NCBI GenBank assembly: GCA_051362555.1
Contig: CM120646.1
Coordinates: 20,274,001 to 20,338,000, forward strand
Length of the DNA: 64,000 nucleotides
Origin: Lingula anatina
Lineage: Eukaryota; Animalia; Brachiopoda
Direction of reading: 5' to 3'
This document shows positions 41,921-53,900 of this stretch, in pieces; the stretch's first letter is position 1; each line of letters opens with the position of its first letter. The notes beneath the pieces are model-generated. The model was not told the DNA's origin and searched no databases. It was given only the letters and a program-made list of their open reading frames with translations. Position numbers and translations under genes: made by a program.

Positions 41921-44900
41921 TAATAATACATTTATGAGTCAATGCTTTTCAAAGATATTAGTCTTTTTGAAGTGAGCATACTATAACTCATTTTCTGTGA
42001 AACTGCATTTTATACAAACAAACAAAAACACACAACCAGATACTGCCTTACCTGAAATCTTACACGTAAGATTAGGGTTTGTATTCAGGCTCGGTAGATG
42101 ATATTCTGTTCTTGTCCAAGTGAAGGCACTCCCTGCTTTCCTTACTGAGTACCCACAGCTGTACGCATCCTCAAATCCACAAGCCACAGAATGATCTGAA
42201 ATACCAATTAACTGCATGATTGCATTTCATCATAAACATGAAGGAGTTTTATTAATTTGAATGTTACAGATTTTAAGTGTGGGAAAAGATCTCCATTGTT
42301 ATTATTTATTAATAATATTTTTTAAATTGGAAATAAGAAAAGGTAAATTCCTATTACACATATTTAATCTACAGTATGTAAATACCAAAGTGATACGAAC
42401 TACAAGGGGTTTCTTCGTCACTCCTGTCACCACAGTTATCAATGCCGTTGCATAATAAATGACTGGCAACACACATGCCGTTTGTGCATTGAAATTGACC
42501 TTCAGTACAATCTGTAATAAAACAATTAAAAAAAAAAAACTGCGGAAAAAATACTGCCGAAAATGCACAGTACCAAAGCTAAGATTAAGTATTCAACGCC
42601 GCACAAAATGTGCCCGTTTAAACAGCAATGCCATTGTGAAGCGAGTAATCAAGAGATACATTGTGTATTTTGTTTGGTTATACAATCTTCCTTTCTTTAC
42701 AATCAATTTTTTTCTCGTTAAATGAGGATATTTTAATTAAGCAACAGGTGCGGTCCACACGTTTGCTTACTTGCCAAGATCTTTGCAAAAAATAAAATAA
42801 TAATAATTATATAATTGATCAATAAAATGAAAAACGCCTTGGCTGTAATCGATAATTCCAGAACAAAATATATCGTCAATGCACTACTAAGGACAATCAT
42901 TCAACGTGAAGATATTTTCAGTAGCATGGAGTTCTTGTGAAAAAGGAGAGCAGGAATCTATCATACCGCAGAAAGGGACATCGCATCTCTCCCCTTTTGT
43001 GTCCGTGTCGGATGTAAAACACCATGGTCCATCTTTTCTCAGGTCAGGGTTGCGGCAGAAATTATTTGCCTGTATCAACGTACTGTCGGGGAAGACGGCA
43101 AACTCTCCAAGCTTCTTTAATCGCTGAACGACGCTGTCCGACCTCCAAGGCATGCAGGCTTTCCCACTTTTCGTCAAAGAAATTGTTCCGCTGTATTCCG
43201 ATCCCACATGGGTGCTTATGCATTCATAAACTGCAATGACCCAAATTTTACACTAACTTGAAAATATATCCAATATCGCATTAGTAAGTGAGAGGAGTGT
43301 ACACAGTGGTGGATTAAGGGGGTGTCGAGGGGGGGGGGCTGTATGTAAATCGTAATGAGAGGAAGGCAATGGAATCTTTGATTTGAAGAAATCTGGGAGT
43401 ACAACATTTCTTCTAAAACATGTAACCAGTAGTTTGTTTAGATAAAATCGTTGAAAATAAGCTTCCCAAAGATGTTCCTAAAATGAAAATGCGAAAGGAA
43501 TGAAACACGTTATAAAAATTCTACCTATGATGTCAGTGAAGGTATCGATATTCCATTTTCTAAATTCAAACTGCAATATTCTCTGCTGTAGGTTTCCAAA
43601 GGTAATTAACAGTAAGTGACCATATAAAAATCATCGTCTATCTTCGTACTGTAACTGATAATTCTTACCCGGCACGTCTTGTGCATTGAACTCCACCTGG
43701 TTTAAGCTAACATCATCGATGGCAATATCGCCCTTTATGCCGTCCCCACGTGTACCTCTAAACACAACACGTGAACGGTGTGCAGTTACACTTGGTATTG
43801 CTACTGCAGCTTTCACCCAACCGGAACCATGGTTCCCCTTTATCTCAACCAAACGCTGTACTAGGAAATCATCTGTCAGTAAGAAGACCTCAAAGGTACC
43901 AATGTCAGTACCCTTCATGTGATGGTAGAATTCCAGGGAATGATTTGTGTTACCTTGAAAATCGTGGAGAGGGGAAGACAAGGTCGTGGTACTCCCCTGT
44001 TCTCCTCTGTGGGATGTGGTATACATATAATAACCTGGAGTAGGAGGATTTAAGAAAAACCTTTGATTTCGACAATAGTCATGTTTTGTATTATAGCAGA
44101 AAACTGAGAGAGAGAAGTTTTTGCACAAATAGATATAAATAGTAATAAACAGACATAAAAATACCTGTATGTTATACTGTCTTGTAATAATAAGCTGTGG
44201 ATTTAGAAAAATGTAGTCACATATCACGATCAGTACACAAATGTTCAAAAAGCGTTTTTGTAAGACGATTTGATGAAAAGTAAACTTTCATTTCATTCGT
44301 GTATTTATGAATGTTCATCTATTGAGGGCGAAGTGTTGAAAACGAGCTCACTTTATTTTTATGTATTGTTTATGCTCACCGGGGCAAAAATTCCTGCAGT
44401 AGTCCCAAGTGTCACCGTTGGCACCATAAGCACCATTCCAAGAAAAACACCACGGCCCAAAGTCAGCATCATCGTCAGCACGGCAGTAGTTTTCACTCAG
44501 GTGTTTATAAAGAGAGGAGGGCGACTCATACCAAGGCTTACATGCTGAACCAAACCAAGTGGTCGCCATCTGGCCTTTGTATTCTTGGTAATTTCCGTCG
44601 GCACACTCGCTGCTTTCATTTTCTGTAATAGTAAACATTGTGCATGTTTATGCCTGCAGATGAGCGGACATGTCAAACAATTGGTAACAAATAATTTGTA
44701 TACAACTATTTTGATTAACACTGCTGAATCCTCCCCAGGGAGGCGAGAAAGTGTCAATACCCTGTATCTTGGCTAAAATTGACCAGGCGTCCATTGTAAA
44801 ATTTCACCAAAATTGTTTTCTATGGTATTGCACCATAACTATATTGTTAACCGCGCTGAATGTATATGTTTCCCGGTATAAAAGAACCGAACTTTAACTC

Positions 44901-47900
44901 TGCTGAATAAATAATGCTGCACATCTAATAAATGGATATGGTCAATGGGAAATGAAGACAAAATATCGATACAGTTATAATAATCAATTTAAAAGACGCA
45001 CCTGGTACCTGAGACTGTGTATGGTCAGCATTCGGTCCCGTCTTCGCTGTAAATGTTGGTCCATTGTTTCTTATCCATACGAACGACTCAGATGATGACG
45101 CAATGATGTAGCCACATAAATAGCTGTCTTCAAATGTGCAGTTAACTGATTCCACTGGTAGAATTAAGATCAATTCCACTGGTGAAATTTACAAGCGTCA
45201 ACGGAATAGATGACACTTTCTTAATATATAGCTTGATATACATGTATATTGCCATGCACATACAAATTACTAAAATGTGGATAATCACATTCCGTGGATA
45301 ACATTTGACTACAAGCCCCATTCACAATTCACCAAATCAAGTATTGTACGGGGGTATAAAAATTCGTTAAGTGCTTTTCGATCTTTAGACAGTGTTCAAT
45401 ATGATATCGTATTACTGAACGTGCGTAGTTACAAAACAATATTTTGAATTTCACTTATATAACAATTACATGTATGAGTTTCTTCTAAATACATGTATTT
45501 ATCAACTGACAATTTTCTATATATATAATTCACAAATTGACAAAGAATACATTAAAATTCCACATACATCACTTTTAGAAACATATTAATTCTGGCCAGG
45601 GTAAAAAAATCTGAGTGAAAGAAAACGTTGTATTAATTGAATAAGATAAACGCGTTTAGATTTAAGACTGTAAGCATACTAAAATCGATTTCTGGCGACA
45701 GCACCCATCATCCTTAAACACGGCTGGTAGCCATACAATGGTATATTCTATATTCTATATCGTACATGTACGATATCGAAACTGCGTCTGAATGAATAAA
45801 ACTATACACATGAAATACGTAACGTATAAATTGAAGATAAGAAATAAATCAACAATTACAGACATAGCAGACATGTTTTGATAGGAATACATACCAAAGC
45901 TTCAAAATAATTGAAGAATTTTAATGGACAATATATTTACACTGAAAGCGAAGGGTCGTCATTTCAGCCGATCTAATTACCCTGGAGGGTATTCAACATG
46001 TTATATCGCCAAAGCCGTCACTGCGTAGCGTACCGGTACTGTGTGTATGACGACCGCGGGTGTTTAAGTGGCTGAGAGCGGCGAGTCTAAATATAGATCG
46101 CAGTCACTGAAGCTACTGGATTGCTTAGTGCTGTCACGTGCGCTGTTTTGGCGGAATTTTCGGTTTGGGCATTCCAAGATAGGAAAAAAAATGTGACCCA
46201 CCATAGTAATGCAACATAAATAATTACTGTGAGTAAAAAGTTAAATGTGTTTTTGAGGTCCAAATGGCTGTGTTTGATGTTGTGGGATTTATGTGCCTCT
46301 GCCTTGACCTAATTTAATAGAGCTGCATGCATGTGCACACCATATCTAGTGTCAATAAATGATGATAGTCACATCTACAGCTTTTTAGGCGTATACCCTC
46401 CCTCTTGCGCCCCTGGGTTAAAACGGTTTTCTCCTCCGTGTGTTCTAATGGACTCACCTCCGGCTTGGCTGAGTTCTCTCAGAAGACACTAATTTGCGTT
46501 GGCAGAACATCGGCAGCATGACCTCGGCCCAATGCCTATGGTTGGCATTGGGCCAACGTCTGTACAACGATGTGCCGATGAACAACCATACGTTGGGCTT
46601 AAATTGGCACAACGCTGTTGGTTGGCTTTTCAACGTTGGGACAATATTGATCGTACAGCCAATCATGCGTTGGGCCAATGCTCTCTTTCTATGTGGGTTG
46701 TTCGGTGAAGCATCGAACGGCATTTTGCAGCAATGCTTGTTGTGGTTCAGGTTTGGAAAATTACGCCATTTTTATAGATACATTTGGTTTCAGACACTTG
46801 GTTTTTCATACTAAATCCTGTTTCAGGCTTCCTGTGCCACTACAATTATTGAACAACATTATTAAATACTGTAGCACTCTTATCTAAAACACATCAATTA
46901 CATGCAGGCCAACGGTAAATGAAAGTTGCTAGCACTCCTGACTTCCACCAAAACCGCAAGAATGCATCAACCTAATTTGACACCCCAAGTAATCAAATGA
47001 CTACCAAGGGTAATCATCAGTTTGGATATGAAGACCTTGCAAGGTCATAAAATACAGATTTTGACTACCTGGGTCCTCGTTTTATGTATACTCATTTGAT
47101 GACCTTAAGGTAGTCAATTTTGATGACCCTTTGTTTTCAGTGTAAGGACTCAGCAAATATAATTTCAACATTTTACCCCTTTCATTATCCCCAGCTGCAT
47201 TTTTACTCACCAACTTCTGGACAAAGATCAAGTTCAAGCCTGACGTTATCGATGGCCATATTGCTAGTTATTCCATCGCCTCGCCGCGCTATGAACTGGA
47301 CTTCAAATTCCCCCGGTGCAAGAGAAGCAGAGTGATTCAGCCAATCTAATCCATGGTGGCCCATCAACGTCGCCAAGTTGACTTCTGTTTTGTTCGCAAA
47401 CTTTTGAACCACCCTAAGCGTTCCCATGTTGCGTCCGTTCATGTGGTAGCTAAAGTGCAGGCACGTTTCGTTGTCTGTATTGATAATTGGAGAGGAAAGG
47501 ATACTTTCAGCGCCCGCAGTGCCATTCTTGCTATCAACGGCCATGAAGGTACCTTATAATTGAAGTTGACACGGACTATAATTATGTTTCTATCACATTC
47601 GATTCAATTAGTGTGATTCACCGGCTGGTTAACTACCGGTACGTTTAGATATTCAATGGGCGTAAGTTAATAATTAAGCAGCAGGCATGGTATACATGTA
47701 TGGTTTAACAGTATGAGGAACTGGCTGACAACTGGTTATGTTCACAAGAATGTTTTGGGAGAATTGTTTAAAAGTATGAGGAGCTGGCTGACAACTGGAT
47801 ATGTTAACTATATTGTTTTGGGGGAATTGTTTTTGGATTTTGGATTTTGGATTTTTCACCTTCGAAATAACTCAAAATTCAGTTTTGAACTAAAACTTAT

Positions 47901-50900
47901 ACTCAAAGTCAATGATCAACAGTACGGATTTGAAATAAAAATTCACATCAAAAGGTTTGTCATATCAAATGACTGTGAATGGATTGAATTTAAAATTGCA
48001 CCTTGAGTTCCTGTCGACCTCGGCCCCGTCCCGGTAAACCCAGTTATGATGTCATCGGTGTATGTGTACCAAGAGTTAGCAGGTTTTTGCCAATCCGAAA
48101 GATATGGTGAAAATGTGTAGGCAGCCCATGTAAACTGTGCACCTCCTTGTGCAACTGTGTATCCACATAACTTTGAGGTTTCGAACTTGCATTCGTCTCC
48201 TTTTCCGTCTGGTAAGAAATAATAAACACATATATGTATATAATCAAGATATATAACATATTTTGGCAAATAAGGAAGTTCAAAACAATCTACATTATAT
48301 TTTTATCACAATAAAAACACTAAACTTGATTATATTTGAAAAATATCTTGACTTTCACGCCCTCCCCACCCCAAACCCTGGCCTTGCAGTGATCCTTGGA
48401 GAAATTGTAAAGACTGCTAGGCTCCATGTTTCACTATAAAAAATGACCTTATGCATGTTGGTCTGTGAGTCATTTACTATTCTCTTTCGAAACTAACTTA
48501 CTTGTTTACCTGCAAACAAAATGCATTAAAGCTACAGGGGTAAGTACGAATTAAGAGGAACTTAAGATAACTTTTGACGGTTCGGAAAATCTCTTATAGT
48601 TTTGTCTGCAAATTAATTCAATGCAATACGATAAAATAAAATAAGAAAAAACAAACAAGAAATAAGAATAAGACCAATTCCATCGAAGTGCAGAAGTTTA
48701 TGTACTCACAGCACTGTTGTCCCTCGTCACTCTCATCAAGACAGTTATTATCGTCGTTACAGAGGAAAGCTATATCAACGCATAGCCCGTTGTCGCAGCG
48801 ATATTCGTACCATTCACAATCTATGAGTTACAAGGTAAAACTATATAATAGTAGAACATTAATTTAAGTTAACCATTTCAATATAGGTGTTAATTATAAG
48901 CAACACCATTTTTATAAAATAGGTGCAAATAAATTTGACTGAATTTAAGGTTACTTCTGTTATATGTTGGGTATAAATACAAAAAGTGCGTGTATATGTT
49001 AAAACGAGTTTGTTAAGGGAATTTTGTGAAATTGGTTCCTGCTACTGCCTCAGACAGGTAATGCTGGTATCACGACATACACAGTTACTTGTTAAAATGA
49101 TGACATCAATGGTTGCATCCGCTCGCTGCCACTGGCAGCGGTACTACGTCAGAAATTATGAAATATCTTCAAACCAATTTACGCTTGACACATTTATTTG
49201 ATATTTCCTTAGTCACAACACGGCATTTAATACAACTATGGCATTTAAATTCCGCCAAGGAATTCACCATTATAAACTTCATTTCCTAGATGAATTCCTT
49301 CAAGTAGATATTTTACTTCTAACAGTAAACATGAAGCACAGTTCAACATAAGTCAAATATGGGTTAATGGGTATTTTATGGATATATAAGGCCAAACAAA
49401 TATTTACAATGAACACATACCCAGCAAACACATATCGTTATTATAACGTTACCATAACGTTAATTTTACCAAAAAACGTTATAGCCACGTTATATAGTAA
49501 AGTTATAAAACGTTCTGTGCTTGCTGGGAATGCGCAATCGCATTCACAAACGTTAACCACGGCACGCACACACACTAGTAAATTCAGTCAAACATACACA
49601 TATTTACCCAAAGTGTATACCTGGAATATCACATTTGCCTTCACGAATTGTGATATCATCCAGTGCTTGGTCACCACGGAAACCATCACCACGTGATGCT
49701 TCAAACAGAATAACATAGGAAGGGGCTTCTACAAATTCCACAGAAAAGGGAAACCAACGGCCTTCGTCAAGTTCGACGTAGGCATGAAATGTCCTCCATC
49801 TGCGCATTTCCCAAAGTTTGCGCTTTGGCCTTGATTCCTCTTGGACGTAGATGGCCAGGTCGCCTAGGTTTGAGCCGAACGCGTGGTAATTGAAGCGGAG
49901 GCATGCTTTGGCATCATGGGTTCCCCTCTTGGGAGAGGTGCGAAGGGTAGTTATTTCACCTTCCACTCCCTTCGAAGCCTCTGTGTATATAAAAGTGCCT
50001 GCAAGAGAAGCAAAGTCGAATACAGTGTCTTGTCAGGGACTTCATTGAGCAGAGCTATGATTAATGATCCAATACTTGATCTATATACAGACATAGTATA
50101 TAAAGGCTTTGTTGCTCTTACAATCATTGGACAAAAGGAGAGGCATTGCCTACCTTCTGGAGATTGTTTGGTAGCATCCATAAACGGCCCGGTCTCTGAA
50201 GAAGGTGTCGAGCCTGAGTTGAGTTTCCAGGTATAACCATTCTCCCCAGGGGTGATATGGTAAGAACACAGCGTTCCATCCTCGAAATCACAGTTCTTGA
50301 ATTCTGTGGAGAAACAGGTATTAAAAGGCCATATTTTTTTTACATAAACAATTTCAAAGGAACAATTCTAATCCGGTAAACAAGCGATCCCATTCTTCAC
50401 TTGGGTAAATTAATACGAGCAATGGGTTAATTAAGTCACGTTTTCTGTGAGGCTATATTTGTTTGACAAAGAAACGACCCCACAATCTTAAAACCCTAAA
50501 ATTTATCTAATAATAATAATTTATTCAGTTTTTCAAGGCCTCCGGCCCATAGTACACAATAGTAAAGTCCATTAGAAGTATTAAGGATTATTCATTATTG
50601 TCAGTGATCCAAAATTTCTTTTCTTAATATAAAAACATTACATATATAAGCAGCTAGACTAGAGATTAAATTTGTGTTTTTTTGCGGTCATTAATCTTTA
50701 AAAAATTATTTATTAAGGTTATTCACTTGCAGATATTTTTCTCTTTATTCTGTATATGCTACACATGTCATTAAAATGGTATTCGTCTTCAACATCATAA
50801 ATATTGTGTTTTTTTACAGATTAAACAGAGTCTATTGCATCTTTCTATACCTCTCCATCTACTGCTCTCAATATTTAGTTGGTGATTTGCGCATCTGAAT

Positions 50901-53900
50901 CTTGCTAGTGAGGTTCTGTGTTTTACATTTTTAACGCTTAATAAGTAACGCTCCAGTGTTAACGTACTCTTAAATAATGAATAAGTATCCAGTTTGCTGC
51001 TCCTACATATGTCACTGTGCCTTTTTTGGCCAGCATTATCTACCAATCTTTTTCTGAAAACTTTAATAAATAAAACAGAATTTCCCACACCCTGAGCCTC
51101 CCAGACATACCCAAAACCATATCTGTATAACAGCGTTTTAACATCTGTGGCCCAAGTGTGCCTTCCACTTGAATCTAATTTAGGTAGCATATCATATACA
51201 TGAGCAGGATAGTGATCTTTATTCATATGTACAAGCTTTAACCAATATTTAATGCTATTTACCATATAATTGGTATACAATGGATATCTTCCGCATTTGC
51301 CTAGTACAGCTTCCGTCACAGTATTTGAACTAACACCTAATAAATATCTACACAATTTTGCTTGGAAGATTTCAATACTTTGTACTGGTTTATAACCCCA
51401 TATCTCAGCACCATAGAAAAAAATGGGTGTTATCATTCTATCAAAAAGAAAGAAAGCTTCCTTAAAGGAAATACATGCTTGTTTCTTCAAATATAACTTA
51501 AAAACAAATAATGCTTTATTGGCTTGGTTGATTTGATGTTGGATAGTTTTACCCCAACCGAGGAAGGCACCAAAATATGTTCCTAAGTATTTATATGCAG
51601 GTACCACTTCTAATTTTCTGCCCTTGAAAACCACATTTCATTATTCTTTATTTTACCGCCTCTCCTAAATACTACTATTTTTGTCTTTTGGACATTTTCT
51701 AGCATACCATACTGGCTGCAATATTTTTCTAATTGATGAATTTGTTTCTGTAACCCCCCAACAGTGTCTAAAATGCATACGATGTCATCAGCATAAAGCA
51801 AAGACGTGAGATTTGGAAACACCTCATTTATGTAAACACCCTGACATCCAGCCTTGTTCAAACGATGATAAAATTCATTTATGAATAATGTAAATAGAAA
51901 GGACTTAATATGCATCCTTGTCGAGTGCCCATGGTACACTTAAAATACTCAGTAAGGCCTAAATTTGTTAGAACACATGATTGCAGTTGGGAATACATAG
52001 AGCGTAAAACTGTGACGACATGTCCATTTACACGGTTTTTTGCAAGTACATACCATAATAATTTGTGTTGAACACTATCGAAAGCGGCTGAGAAATCTAT
52101 AAAAATACAGTAGCATCTGCCTTTTCTTCGACTTAGGCCTAAGTATTTTTGTACGCAACCCTGCAATGTAAAAATGTGATCGACAGTGGAGTAACCAATT
52201 TTATAGGCGGCCTGAGCTTCAATCGTTGTATAATTTTCCACTGCCCAATTATTAAATCTGTTACTCAAAACGTTCATAAATATTTTCCCCGTGACATTCA
52301 AAAGCGCAATTCCTCTATAATTTGGTGCCACATTTACATTTTCTTTTTTGAGCAATGGGTACAGAATGGCATTGCATCAGCTAGAGGGAAATTTTCCACT
52401 TATTAATACAGTATTATAAAGATTCAATAACAATGGTGATAAATAGTTGAAGCCATATTTAAACATTTCAATCACTAATCCATCTGGACCTGGAGATTTT
52501 CCATTTTTCATGGTGCGTACAACATTTGATAGTTATCCATAGTGAATGGCTCATTTAGAGTATTGCAACTGTTTAAAGGCTGTAGGTGCTCAAACCATTC
52601 AGTATATTGTTCGATATATGTTATGAGGCTCTTTTCTATGTCATTTACATTTTCATTTAATAACTCGTAAAAATGATTTTGCCATGCTTGTGGGCTGATA
52701 TTCTTCTTCTTAATAGACTGAGCACTTTTCAGAGACTTTATATAATTCCACATTCCCTTGCAGTGTAAGAATTTATTACAATTTATCTTCTTTATTAACA
52801 TTTATGGAGCTGGTATTTTGATCATTGTGCCCTCATGTCTCTTTAGACAAATTCTGGTCCTACCAGTGCACGTGGTGTAGGTAGAAATAGTCGAGAAACA
52901 GTGCAAATAATTGGTACTAAATCCATTAACTCTGGCAAAAACACCTCATATCTGTCAGTTTAGTCATTCATATTTTTGCCATAGTAGTAATATGCAGATG
53001 TCATATGTACATGTTTCCTATGCCCCAAATGAAACGGATTGCTAAAAAAAGGGTATCATCATTTTGAGTTTAATTTTAATTTTATTATACACATTTCATC
53101 CAAATATAAATTAAGGTTATTTGAATCCATCGGGTTCCCTAACAGAAGGGCAGGTGTATATATTTGTACATATACAAGCGGTCTTAGTGTAGGCTTGTAG
53201 GGAACAGGACAGGTTACTTTCTCTTTATTCTACAGTGTCGAGGATGTCTTATTTATTGATATCAGACGGAATATATTGTCCTTTGCAAACCAAAACCACG
53301 TTTGATCACGCGTTATTTAGATTGCGCGTTGGCTAAACGTGTATCTGTATTTTTGTTCAATATGAAATTTAAAGAGTAAAGATTCTCACCGCACTGTTTC
53401 TCATCTTCTCCGTTTTTACAGTCCATTTTTCCATCACACACATCCATTTTGCTAATGCAGACATCACACTGGAACTCGTGGTCACGGCAAGCTAAAAGAC
53501 AAATAAATGCAAATTTATCACTGTGCTATATTTATGACCACACTAATATGCTACTTTAATTAGTGCGTTGAAAAAGAGGTAACCGAAAACTATGGAGTTC
53601 CATTCTCAGTGCCTATCTTGAAATCCACCGCCCATGTTGTGCGTTTAACACTGACATAACTGATTGTTAATTTCGAATCACAGCAATGTATGTGTTGAAC
53701 GCTCATTCTTCCCTATTTAAACCCTTTGCAACATTTTTTAAACAACTTAAATTTTCAGTTCATCAGCAAAAATATCCCCATAAAACCGTTGAAAGCTACT
53801 GACAGCCATTTGACTTTGTCTAATCCAAAAATGATCGATAATAATATATTAAAAAAACCTACGACAAATCTGCACTTCACACGGCTCGCATACAGAATCC

